DNA of 64,000 nt, taken from an uncultured archaeon (GTDB lineage: Archaea > Asgardarchaeota > Lokiarchaeia > Sigyniarchaeales > SOKP01). The stretch lies in NCBI GenBank assembly GCA_964388035.1, contig CAYLZE010000002.1, positions 34,041 to 98,040 of the forward strand. The letters are read 5' to 3'. Each line of letters begins with the position of its first letter. Position 1 is the first letter of the stretch. Position numbers and translations under genes: made by a program. The notes under the pieces are model-generated. The model worked only from the letters and a program-made list of their open reading frames with translations. It had not been told where the DNA came from and ran no database searches. Below are positions 51,285 through 61,439 of the stretch, piece after piece.

Positions 51285-52658
51285 TCAATTGATTTTATGA
51301 AAGTAATATCTATCTGCGCGAATATGAACCTTACCTGTTTTTTCATCAATTTTCCCTTGAATCGACATTCCCATGTCAGGAAGGGCAAAAGGGATAGAAA
51401 ATTTTAGCTGGTCCAAGTCATCAATAATTAAGGGCAAGATATAAGGAGGTTCTTCTTTTGAAAAAAATACTTTTGCTTGAAGAATTCCCATTCCCTCTAA
51501 GGTTATTTCCATTTCTGCAAGACCATAAGCCTTATATTTTCCAATAAGCTTATCCAACTTATTATATGTTTCTAATACCGGTATAGCTACTTCCATTTCT
51601 TTTCCTAAAAGGACCGCTAAAATTCCTTTTACCAGAGCGTCGGGAAGGAGAGAAGGATTGGGAATTTGTCCCACAATAGCTCCAATTTTCTTCTCTGGCA
51701 CCATGGCAAAATATCCTCCAGAAGTGGGTACATTTCCTCCATGTCCTACCAATTTAACTCCAAAGAAATCAGAATTAACTTCCAGGCCATAACCGTATCC
51801 CTTTCCATAAATCTTGGGGGGCGTGATATAAGATGTCCACATTTTATTTAGTGATTCTTGTTGAATGAAATGATTTCCATTAAAAGATCCTCCGTTCATT
51901 AATCCTATCATGTAATGCATCATTTCATTAATGGAACTATAAATACCTCCGCAGGCATATTCAAGCGGATCGTTTCTTATCTCTCGCTTTTTTATTGACC
52001 CTCCCTCTTCAGAACGGATATATCCCGTTATGACATTATCATCTTTTAAAAACTTTTCCTTATAATATGTGGACCTCTTCATGTCTAAGGGGTTTAAGAT
52101 ATGTTCTTTCACGTAATCCGCAAATTTTTGCTTCGTTATTTTCTCTATTATAAATCCCAAGATTGTATACATGTCATTATTATACATGAAAACTTTTCCG
52201 GGATCTTCTGGAAGCTCATCTTCGGCTTGATTCAGGTATAAAAGATAATCCTTTTCGCTACTCATGGGAATAAAACCAGATTTATCACTTGAAGCATTCG
52301 TAGCATCGAGTTCTGGAACTCCTGAAGAATGGGAAAGTAAATGATGGATAGTGATGGGATTCTCTTTTTTACCTAATTTAAAATTTATATGCTTACTAAC
52401 GGGATCGTTTAAATCCAATTTTCCTTGCTCGTAAAGCTGCATAATGGCAAGAGCACAAAAAGATTTTGACATGGATGCTATACCAAAAAGTGTATCGGAG
52501 GTCATGGGTAAATTATTCTCAATATTCCTTGCACCAAATCCTTGAGAATAAATGGGCTTGCCCCCCATTATTACACCTACAGCTAAGCCAGGTATTTTCA
52601 TTTGGCGCATTAGCTTTCCAATTAAAGTTTCAATTTTTTCTATGGGATTGATACTCAT
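51285..52658 (-). CDS. SxxK serine hydrolase (beta-lactamase fold, Pab87/CubicO-like peptidase)
   Basis: FGIASMSK, LLSHSSG, YNN, HGG; C-terminal beta domain; no signal peptide. Confidence 0.9.
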   Translation of the reverse strand: MSINPIEKIETLIGKLMRQMKIPGLAVGVIMGGKPIYSQGFGARNIENNLPMTSDTLFGIASMSKSFCALAIMQLYEQGKLDLNDPVSKHINFKLGKKENPITIHHLLSHSSGVPELDATNASSDKSGFIPMSSEKDYLLYLNQAEDELPEDPGKVFMYNNDMYTILGFIIEKITKQKFADYVKEHILNPLDMKRSTYYKEKFLKDDNVITGYIRSEEGGSIKKREIRNDPLEYACGGIYSSINEMMHYMIGLMNGGSFNGNHFIQQESLNKMWTSYITPPKIYGKGYGYGLEVNSDFFGVKLVGHGGNVPTSGGYFAMVPEKKIGAIVGQIPNPSLLPDALVKGILAVLLGKEMEVAIPVLETYNKLDKLIGKYKAYGLAEMEITLEGMGILQAKVFFSKEEPPYILPLIIDDLDQLKFSIPFALPDMGMSIQGKIDEKTGKVHIRADRYYFHKIN

Positions 52659-53181
52659 GTGTTTTCACATTTCAATTTTATTTATTGTAATTTAAGAATA
52701 ATATTAAAGAATATTCATTTCATAAATTTTGAAGCTATATTGTAGTCAAACATATTTCAATTTATTAACAGATTTTACATGCCTGTTTTCTTTATATGGA
52801 TGTTTTTTTCAATACTATAACGCAAGGTTCAATGAAAAGAGCAAATAAAATTAGAAAATTTAGAATAAGTAGCGAATTTTTCAAAAAAAAAACTCCTTAT
52901 AAATCATATAGCAGAAACTAAAAACGAATAATGGTTTAACCACTTGGGAATGAAATAGCAAACTAGGGCTCATTCGATATTAGAAATTCTAAAAAGAAAA
53001 AAAATATAAAATTCATTTACGTTTGTAGAATTTAAGATATTAGCAGAATTTAATGGAACATTTCCTTCCTCATCCATAATCTTCAGAAATATTTTTCAAT
53101 CATGATCTATAGAAGCGCTTTCAATATAGCAAGAAAAATATGAAGATGATTCTCCTTCTTTTTGATGTGGGATCCTTAAAA

Positions 53182-54006
53182 TCATGAAAGCAAATATCCG
53201 CCATCAACTACGATCGTAGTACCCGTCATGTAACCTGATAGATCGCTAGCTAAAAAAAGGGCCACTTTTGCAATATCATCAGGTTCTCCCATGCGACCAA
53301 TTGGGGTTCGGGCAACGAATGCTTTCATGATATCTTCTTCTTTCATACCCGCTGCTAACATCTGCTTTTTAGCCGATTCTGATACAGCATCTGAGCTGGG
53401 GGTACTTATTCCACCAGGTGCTATGCCATTAACCATGATTTTATATGGAGCTAATTCTAAAGCCATGGACTTTGTCATCATTCGGACACCACCCTTTGAA
53501 GCATCATAATGAACAAGGTTTCCGGTAGGATGAAACGCGTCAATGGATGCAAGATTGATAATTTTTCCTCCTTTACCTCGTTTGACCATTTGTTTTGCCA
53601 CAGTCTGACTAAAAAAGAATGTCCCTTTTAAATTCAATGTAATCACCTTATCCCATAATTCTTCAGTCATATCTAGCATCGGCATCATCGGATAGATACC
53701 CGCGTTATTTATCAAAATATCAATAGAGCCATATTCTTTAATGATTTCTTCTACAGCCCTCTTAATGTCTTTAACACTACTTACATCGGCTTTAATCGGT
53801 CTTGCTTTTCCTCCTTCATCACTAATCTTTTTTGCAACTTCGTCCGCCCCATTGAAATTAATATCTGCAATTATGACTCTTGCTCCAGCTTGCGCAAATC
53901 TTAAGCTTATTCCTTGACCTATTCCATAGGCACCTCCTGTAATTATGACGACTTTTTCAGTTAGGTCTAATAATTTTGGAAGTTTTTGCTTTAATAAACT
54001 TTCCAT
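53182..54006 (-). CDS. SDR-family oxidoreductase (FabG/glucose dehydrogenase-like)
   Basis: TGGAYGIG, NNAG, YDASK, NGIAPG, VDGG. Confidence 0.93.
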   Translation of the reverse strand: MESLLKQKLPKLLDLTEKVVIITGGAYGIGQGISLRFAQAGARVIIADINFNGADEVAKKISDEGGKARPIKADVSSVKDIKRAVEEIIKEYGSIDILINNAGIYPMMPMLDMTEELWDKVITLNLKGTFFFSQTVAKQMVKRGKGGKIINLASIDAFHPTGNLVHYDASKGGVRMMTKSMALELAPYKIMVNGIAPGGISTPSSDAVSESAKKQMLAAGMKEEDIMKAFVARTPIGRMGEPDDIAKVALFLASDLSGYMTGTTIVVDGGYLLS

Positions 54007-54602
54007 ATTATTTCACCTCTTTTTAATTATTTAATTTCACTTTTTCAAAAAAAAAATGTAATTTCATTGCTTAATTAAGTTACTCTTCTTATTAAGGCTA
54101 ATGTTCTCCGCCATTTATTCAAGTTTTACTATCGGAATTCTACAGAATCAACCAAATTGATCACCATTCTATGCCTTTTTAGTCATTAAATTTTATAATT
54201 CTCCAATATGAGGTATAGATAAATGAAAAACAAGTAATACAGTTCTTTAAGTTGTAAAAGGAATGATTCCGTTATTCCCGAAGTTGAGGTTTATTAGACC
54301 TGGAAGAACGTGGTGTAGATAATATCCCATAACATTTGATGGAAACATTTTTCTCAGAAATAGAAATAACCTTAAAGGATATATCAATATCGATATGTTT
54401 GTCATATGTGAGCAAGGATTCATTTTGGTTCGTGGAGTACGAGAATTTCTTGCAAAAATGCTTGTTAAGTTACTCCATTTGAAGAGCGAGAAATGTTGCA
54501 AGAACTTTCTCTTGGTCTAAATTTTGATTCGGAAGAAATCTTAAAATAGAAAATAACTTTAAAAGAATTATCTATATTCTTTTTTAAATTGGGAAGATGT
54601 AA

Positions 54603-54833
54603 AAATATGAATTTGCGGAATTCAATTCAATTAATAACTTAAAATGGGCTCCCTTCGATCTCATTAGCTCATTATCTGCAATTGAATTTAGAAAAAGTTA
54701 TGATCTCTCATTTTTTGATTTGTTATATGTTAGAATTGCTATTAATCTGGATAAACAAATAATATCTCAAGATAAAAAATATGATTTAATCGCAGGATTG
54801 AAAAGAATTCCAGTTAGCTATTTCAAGTTGTAA
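54603..54833 (+). pseudogene. C-terminal remnant of a PIN-domain (VapC-like) toxin
   Basis: Open frame without start: ...NNLKWAPFDLISSLSAIEFRKSYDLSFFDLLYVRIAINLDKQIISQDKKYDLIAGLKRIP*, matching the PIN LSFFD...IISxDxxYD pattern. Confidence 0.7.
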
Positions 54834-54967
54834 TCCTGGAGATACGTAATAACCTACGTCATCTAATTATCAGAAAAATTATTAACTATTGAAATTGATT
54901 TTTTAATCTCTTATATAGAATATAAAAGCAAAAACATATACTTTATTAATTCTTTAAATGATCTTAA

Positions 54968-57052
54968 ATGAAATTTCAAATAACCTCTCATCCCATCTTA
55001 GAAATTCCACAAAAAAGGAAAGTATGGTTCACGCATGATGGCACTTCTTTTCAGGGATATAAGGGCATGATGATAGCATCCGCCCTCATCATGAATGGTA
55101 TCACCATTTTTGGACATCATCCTAATGATGGTAGTCCTCAAGGAATATTTTGTGCTAATGGTCAATGTGCACAATGTACAGTTATAGTAAATGATAAACC
55201 CGTCAAATCTTGCATGACACCTCTCGAAGAAGGCATGATTATTAAGAGTTGCAATGGATTACCATCCTTGCCGGAGTTTAATAATCCCCTTCCAGTTGGA
55301 AACCCCTCTATTAAAGAGACGGACATTTTAATCATTGGAGGAGGTCCTGCCGGACTCTCAGCTTCTAAAGTGTTACTAGAAGAAGGGATTAAGGTTATTT
55401 TAATTGATGACAAAGAACGATTGGGAGGAAAATTAATACTACAAACCCATAAATTTTTTGGCTCTCAACATGACGTATATGCGGGAAAAAGAGGAATAGA
55501 AATTGCACGAATTCTTGAAGACTCAATCGAGGATTATTCAAAAGTAGAGATATGGCGTAAGAGTACGGCATTGGCAATTTTTAGTGATGGTTTGGTTGGC
55601 GTTTTAAAAGAAGGAAAAGAATACGTGTTAATAAGACCAAGACATTTATTAATTGCAACTGGGGCCAGGGAGAAAATGTTGATTTTTCCCGGCGATACCC
55701 TTCCAGGAGTTTACGGAGCAGGAGCTTTTCAGACATTGGTTAACAGGGATTTAGTTAAGCCTGCTGAAAAGCTGTTTATCGTAGGGGGCGGAAATGTGGG
55801 ATTAATTGCAGGATACCATGCAATTCAGGCAGGGATACACGTCGTGGGATTGATTGAAGCCATGCCGTATTGCGGGGGATATCAGGTTCACGTGGATAAA
55901 CTTAGAAGATTAGGAGTGCCAATATATACAAAACATACTATTTTAGCTGCAAATGGTACCGAACGGGTGGAATCTATTGTAATAGCCGAATTAGATGAAT
56001 CGTGGAACCCTATAGAGGGAACAGAAAAAACATTTCCATGTGATACCATTCTACTGGCGGTAGGGTTGAATCCCATAAATGAATTTTATGAAAAAGCGTT
56101 GGAGTTTAATCTTGATACTTGGATTGCAGGGGATGCTCAAGAGATAGCAGAAGCATCAGCAGCCATTTTTTCGGGAAAAATTGAAGCTTATAAAATCTTA
56201 GAACATGATGGTTATAAAATTGCAGTTAATATCCATGAGTTAGAAGATAAATTAAATCAGTTAAAAAGCAAACCATTAGAATCAGATCAACCTCCTTTTC
56301 CTCTTCCAAATAAAGATTTATATCCCTTGTTCCATTGTACTCAAAAAATCCCTTGTAATCCTTGTACTACAGTATGTCCTCAAGAACAAATTGCAACTAT
56401 TGATGACATGTTGACTCAATTGCCCTATTTTAAAGGAGAAAAGGAGTGCATTGGATGTGGTCGATGTGTAGCCGTTTGCCCGGGTTTGGCAGTCACGTTA
56501 ATAGATTATCGAAAAGACAAGCTATTCCCCCTGGTGACTTTTCCCTTTGAACTTAGTGCATCAAAACTGATTCAAGGGCAAAAAGTAACAGTGATGAGTA
56601 ATACAGGTAATCTTGGTGAATATACAATTTCAAGAGTAAGAACACTAAAAGAATATTCTCATACTCAATTAGTTTCTATTAAATTGCCTAAAGAAATTGC
56701 CGTTCAGGCGGTTGGAATAACCACGATACAAGAAATCTCCGTGGAACCTTTAAAAATATATCATAAACCGCCTTTACCGGATAGCGCCATCGTGTGCCGT
56801 TGTGAAAGGATTACAGCGGGGGAAATAAGAAAGTGGATACGTAAAGGAGTCACGGATATTAATGAATTAAAAGCTTTAACCCGGGTAACTTCAGGAGCTT
56901 GTGGGGGTAAAACATGTACCCTTTTAATTCGAAAGTTGGTTTTGGATGAGGGATTTCCATCCGAGGAAATAGTTCCTGGAACCCTTCGTCCCCTATTCAT
57001 GGAAACATCCCTCGGTTTTTTTGCTGGCTTGAAGGACCAAGATTTAAAATGA
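54968..57052 (+). CDS. Proline dehydrogenase/sarcosine oxidase alpha-like flavoprotein with 2Fe-2S, 4Fe-4S and BFD-like domains
   Basis: FCANGQCAQC, GGGPAG, ATGARE, CNPCTTVCP/CIGCGRCVAVCP, VCRCE...GACGGKTC. Confidence 0.9.
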   Translation: MKFQITSHPILEIPQKRKVWFTHDGTSFQGYKGMMIASALIMNGITIFGHHPNDGSPQGIFCANGQCAQCTVIVNDKPVKSCMTPLEEGMIIKSCNGLPSLPEFNNPLPVGNPSIKETDILIIGGGPAGLSASKVLLEEGIKVILIDDKERLGGKLILQTHKFFGSQHDVYAGKRGIEIARILEDSIEDYSKVEIWRKSTALAIFSDGLVGVLKEGKEYVLIRPRHLLIATGAREKMLIFPGDTLPGVYGAGAFQTLVNRDLVKPAEKLFIVGGGNVGLIAGYHAIQAGIHVVGLIEAMPYCGGYQVHVDKLRRLGVPIYTKHTILAANGTERVESIVIAELDESWNPIEGTEKTFPCDTILLAVGLNPINEFYEKALEFNLDTWIAGDAQEIAEASAAIFSGKIEAYKILEHDGYKIAVNIHELEDKLNQLKSKPLESDQPPFPLPNKDLYPLFHCTQKIPCNPCTTVCPQEQIATIDDMLTQLPYFKGEKECIGCGRCVAVCPGLAVTLIDYRKDKLFPLVTFPFELSASKLIQGQKVTVMSNTGNLGEYTISRVRTLKEYSHTQLVSIKLPKEIAVQAVGITTIQEISVEPLKIYHKPPLPDSAIVCRCERITAGEIRKWIRKGVTDINELKALTRVTSGACGGKTCTLLIRKLVLDEGFPSEEIVPGTLRPLFMETSLGFFAGLKDQDLK

Positions 57053-57064
57053 GGAATGATTAGA

Positions 57065-58231
57065 ATGGTAGAATATGATGTCATAATTGTTGGGGCTGGT
57101 AGTGTTGGAGTTCCAACGGCCCTTGCAACTTCTCAAATGGGTTTGAAAACTTTAGTTCTGGAGGAATTACCTTCCGTTTCTCAAGGAGATAACAAACATG
57201 CAATTGGTGGGATTAGGGCAACCCATTCACAAAACTCTAAAATCAAATTATGCCAACGATCCATAGAAATATTTTCTACATGGCAAGAAAGATATGGGGA
57301 TGATATTTCTTGGGAACAAGGTGGATACACGTTTATAGCAACTAACCAATTGCAAATGGAACAACTTAAAGAAACCGTGAGAGAGCAAAAAAAATATGGA
57401 TTAAATATTAATCTAATAGGTAAAGATAAAGTAGCTGGCCTGATTCCAGGAATAAATAGTGAAATAATTTTAGGTGGTACTTATAGCCCGAATGACGGGC
57501 ACGCTTCTCCCTTAATGGCTTTAAATTCTTTTTATTATCATGCCGTGAATGCGGGAGCGAAGTTCAATTTTAAAGAAAAAGTGATTAAAATACTAAATAT
57601 TAATGGAAAGATTACGGGAATCAAAACTTCTAAACAAGTATATAAAGGATTAAATGTAATTAATGCAGCAGGTGCCTTTGCTTCATCTATCGGAGAGATG
57701 GTTGATCTTACATTACCTGTACAACCTGAATCACACGAGGCGGGAATAACCGAGCCTGTTCAACATTTATTTTCAACCATGGTGGTAGACATCACTAGTG
57801 CTCAAGATTTACAATTTGGCAATTCAAATAATTATTATTTTTATCAGACAAAAGAAGGACAAATTATTTTTTGCATTAGCCCCGATCCTCCCATATTAGG
57901 GACTGATAAGCGGGAAACAAGCAATTTTTTGCCTCAAGTAGCAAAAAGAATGATTCAACTTTTGCCAAAGTTGAAATTTATTAAAGTCAGAAGGACTTGG
58001 CGAGGATTGTATCCCATGACACCCGATGGAAACCCAATTATTGGTAAAATGAATAATCTTGAGGGATATTTGAACGCTGTAGGGATGTGCGGGCAAGGAT
58101 TCATGTTGGGTCCGGGAGTAGGAGAACTTTTAGCAAAATTTATTGTAAATAAATTAAATCCAATAGAGTCAGAAATCCTAAAAGATTTATCGCTCTATAG
58201 AGATTTTGGTAAGAAGGAAAAACTGAAATAG
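57065..58231 (+). CDS. FAD-dependent oxidoreductase, DadA/SoxB (proline dehydrogenase beta-like)
   Basis: YDVIIVGAGSVG, VINAAG, WRGLYPMTPDGNPIIG, GMCGQGFMLGPG. Confidence 0.9.
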   Translation: MVEYDVIIVGAGSVGVPTALATSQMGLKTLVLEELPSVSQGDNKHAIGGIRATHSQNSKIKLCQRSIEIFSTWQERYGDDISWEQGGYTFIATNQLQMEQLKETVREQKKYGLNINLIGKDKVAGLIPGINSEIILGGTYSPNDGHASPLMALNSFYYHAVNAGAKFNFKEKVIKILNINGKITGIKTSKQVYKGLNVINAAGAFASSIGEMVDLTLPVQPESHEAGITEPVQHLFSTMVVDITSAQDLQFGNSNNYYFYQTKEGQIIFCISPDPPILGTDKRETSNFLPQVAKRMIQLLPKLKFIKVRRTWRGLYPMTPDGNPIIGKMNNLEGYLNAVGMCGQGFMLGPGVGELLAKFIVNKLNPIESEILKDLSLYRDFGKKEKLK

Positions 58232-58291
58232 ATCTAATTTTTACTTTTTTAAATTAAATTATTATTAAAAATAAAACTTTAAAGAATATAG

Positions 58292-59707
58292 ATGTGTAAA
58301 ACAATGGGAAAATCACTAAATGAACAAGTTGAGGATTTAGAAGCTTTAATAGTTCCGTTATTAGAAGAGAGTGGAATTCCGGGAGCAAGTTTAGCTATTG
58401 TCATGGGAGATAAAATGATTTTTAGCAAAGGTTTTGGAGCCAGAGATTTAGAGAGAAATCTTCCAGCAAGCTCAGAGACACTTTTTGGTATCGCTTCCTG
58501 TTCTAAATCGTTTACTGCAATGGCAATAATGCAGTTAGTAGAATCTGGAAAGATAGATTTACAGGATCCCGTGAACAAGTATATCCCTCTTAAATTGGGA
58601 TCAGAAAACAAACCCATCACCATCCATCATCTCCTTACGATGTCTTCGGGTTTACCAGATACGGGACTTACAAGAGTTCTTTTAAGCCGCTATTGCAAAA
58701 ATGATAAAAGTGTATTTCAAGCAAGTAGTTTGGAGCAAATCATGCTACACATTAATAGATCAACCGCTTGGATGGTGGAGCCGGAAAAACGATTTTTTTA
58801 CTCGAATGAAAGCTATGCACTTTTAAGCATGATCGTGCAAAAAGTAACCAACACGCCCTTTCCAGAATACATGAGAGAAAATATTTTTAAACCGTTAAAT
58901 ATGAAAAGAACCACCTATAATAAAGAAGATTTTGAAAAAGAAGAAGATAAAATGGTACCTTACATGGAAAATACAATAATAACAAATCATCCTTTTGACT
59001 TATTTATTAATGGATGTGGAGGTATTCTCAGCTCAGTCAATGATCTTGCCAATTTCCTGATAGCCATGATGAATGAAGGCGTATATAAGGAGAATTCAGT
59101 ATTAGAGAAAGAATCCATTGAGAAAATATTAACATTACACTTTGAATGTAATATGGCTAGTTCATATCTTGGAAATGTAGGTGAAGGCGAAGGCTATGGC
59201 TATGGGTGGATTGTAATGGAAAACTTTCTGGGAAATAAATGGATTGGTCATTTAGGGCAAATTGATGGATCTTCTGCGGGGATTATATTCGTACCGAAAA
59301 GAAAGATGGGCGTCGTGATTGCCTGTAACACGGGGATGGGACAAGGACTCATGGCAGCAATTCCAATCATAGTAATAGCCAGTCTATTAGGATTAAATCC
59401 CATGGAATTGCCCTTTATCGCAACGGAGCAGAAAATGAACATCCTTACAGGAATTTACAAATCTTATAAAGGGATAAATGAAGTATCAATATCCAAAAAA
59501 GGGTCCCTCCTATACATCAAAGCAAAAAACATTTTAGGGGATGATGCAGTTCCTCTCATCCCAGAAAAGATCGATTCTGGAGACTGTAAATTTTATATCA
59601 TTTCTGGACCAGGGGCAAGAGAATCCGTAGAATTTACTGTGACTTCTAATCAAGAAGTAGACTTATTTTATGAAAGATACCATTTTCGGAAAGCAAGAGA
59701 TATATAA
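58292..59707 (+). CDS. SxxK serine hydrolase (Pab87/CubicO-like peptidase)
   Basis: FGIASCSK, YSN, HLG; paralog of 51285..52658. Confidence 0.9.
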   Translation: MCKTMGKSLNEQVEDLEALIVPLLEESGIPGASLAIVMGDKMIFSKGFGARDLERNLPASSETLFGIASCSKSFTAMAIMQLVESGKIDLQDPVNKYIPLKLGSENKPITIHHLLTMSSGLPDTGLTRVLLSRYCKNDKSVFQASSLEQIMLHINRSTAWMVEPEKRFFYSNESYALLSMIVQKVTNTPFPEYMRENIFKPLNMKRTTYNKEDFEKEEDKMVPYMENTIITNHPFDLFINGCGGILSSVNDLANFLIAMMNEGVYKENSVLEKESIEKILTLHFECNMASSYLGNVGEGEGYGYGWIVMENFLGNKWIGHLGQIDGSSAGIIFVPKRKMGVVIACNTGMGQGLMAAIPIIVIASLLGLNPMELPFIATEQKMNILTGIYKSYKGINEVSISKKGSLLYIKAKNILGDDAVPLIPEKIDSGDCKFYIISGPGARESVEFTVTSNQEVDLFYERYHFRKARDI

Positions 59708-59943
59708 GATTAGGTAAAAAACCTCGAGAAATAAAAAAGTGATGATAGCTGATTCGGAAGGATTTCATTACTTTTACTTAGTATCATACTTGATGATTTG
59801 ATTTTATTCTATTTAAAATTTCATTCAAGTTTTAAAAAATTGCGGGAAGTCATTCCCTCATATTATCATTAGGGACGAAAAATTTATATTAATTACATGA
59901 TTAATCCAATCATTTAAAATTTATATTACAAAGGAGATATTTT

Positions 59944-61344
59944 ATGACCGAAAATTTTGAAAATAACATGTATCAAAAGTATTCCTGGATCACCTTGTTT
60001 CAAATACAACTGGGATATTTATTAACAAATATGTGTTCGATTATCATGGGATACATCTATTTCTTTTATATTACAGTTGTTCTGCTTCCCATCCCATTAT
60101 ATATATTGTCGAATTCACTTTTTACAGTATATAATGCGGTTAATAATCCAATAATAGGGCATTACTGTGATAAATCTACTCGCTTTGTTAAAAGATGGGG
60201 AAAGAGATTTCCTTGGATTGTCATTGGAATCATTGGGACAGCTATTTCAATCATTTTCCTTTTTTTCATTCCTTTTAGCAATTACAAAGGAATGCCAATC
60301 GCAGTAAGCATTTATTTATTTTTTATCTTGGTCTTGTATGACACTTTTTTCGCGTTGTTAATGGTAAATTTACAAAGTTTTTTTCAGTATAAAGTAAGAG
60401 ATGATGACGATCGAAGAGTAGCCGGGGGATTTTTAATCATAGCAGGTTCAATAGGCATGATCCTGCCTTCTATTTTTTTACCTTACATTGTAGACGCATT
60501 AGGAATTTCGCAGATTTCTAGTTGGACAATAACAGCTGTAATTTTTGCAGGAGTATTTATCATAGTTTTATTCCTTATGCTTTCTGCAATACGCGAAACT
60601 CCCGAGATGAAGGCTCATTGGGCAGTGATTAAGGAGAAAGTAAGTCTATCTTTTATTAAAGCTTTTATAACGGGGCTAAGATTGCGTAGCTTTAATGCAT
60701 ATAACATTTCATCCCTCTTGTATGCTGTGACCACTTCCATTACTCTAGCAATGCTACCTTTCTTTATTACATTTGTCTTAAATTTACCCTTGACGGGAGT
60801 AACTTTACCCATGATCTTATTTTTACTGGCAGTTCCTGCTTCAAGCCCATTATGGGTAAAACTTGGAAATAAATGGGGGACAAGAAAAGTATATATTCTT
60901 GGATTTTTCATAATGATTCCATTCTATTTGCCCTTTCTTTGGATTCAGAACTACAATCTCCTCCTCTTATTGTTTGTGATTATTGGAGTGGCGTTTGGAG
61001 CCCAAGCCGTAATGCAAACTCCTGTTGACGCTAATGTGATTGAAGAGGCATGCCTGGCAGCAAAATCTCGACATGAAGGCATTTTTAACGGAGTGCAAAG
61101 TTTCATTGTAACTTTTTCATGGGCGGTTCAAGTGATACTTATGGGAGTCATTCAATTAGCCACTGGCTTTGATCAAAATGCAACGGTGCAGCCAAGCTCT
61201 GCATTGTTCGGTATTCGATTATTACTTTCTATTATACCGATTATCGTTCTAGTAATCGGAGGAATTGCTTTTTGGACGCTATACAATATTACTCCTGCGA
61301 GAGTTAAAGAGATCGAAACAGGGTTAAAAGAATTAGGGCTTTAA
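59944..61344 (+). CDS. GPH/MelB-family MFS transporter
   Basis: NNPIIGHYCDK...WGKRFPW, RHEGIFNG. Confidence 0.92.
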   Translation: MTENFENNMYQKYSWITLFQIQLGYLLTNMCSIIMGYIYFFYITVVLLPIPLYILSNSLFTVYNAVNNPIIGHYCDKSTRFVKRWGKRFPWIVIGIIGTAISIIFLFFIPFSNYKGMPIAVSIYLFFILVLYDTFFALLMVNLQSFFQYKVRDDDDRRVAGGFLIIAGSIGMILPSIFLPYIVDALGISQISSWTITAVIFAGVFIIVLFLMLSAIRETPEMKAHWAVIKEKVSLSFIKAFITGLRLRSFNAYNISSLLYAVTTSITLAMLPFFITFVLNLPLTGVTLPMILFLLAVPASSPLWVKLGNKWGTRKVYILGFFIMIPFYLPFLWIQNYNLLLLLFVIIGVAFGAQAVMQTPVDANVIEEACLAAKSRHEGIFNGVQSFIVTFSWAVQVILMGVIQLATGFDQNATVQPSSALFGIRLLLSIIPIIVLVIGGIAFWTLYNITPARVKEIETGLKELGL

Positions 61345-61439
61345 TTTGTTTTTAATTTATTTTTTTTTAATTTTAATTGTAACTTTATTATAATATACAC
61401 TAAATTAAAATAACCAAATAGTAAATATTGTGATTTAAG

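Noticed and set aside
52700-53180. Long spacer with short coding-like frames (e.g. IFLKIMDEEGNVPLKFC)
   Set aside because: No recognisable family; too fragmentary to call.
54247-54501. 84 aa minus-strand ORF
   Set aside because: No motif; coding-like signal is on the plus strand as a decayed locus.
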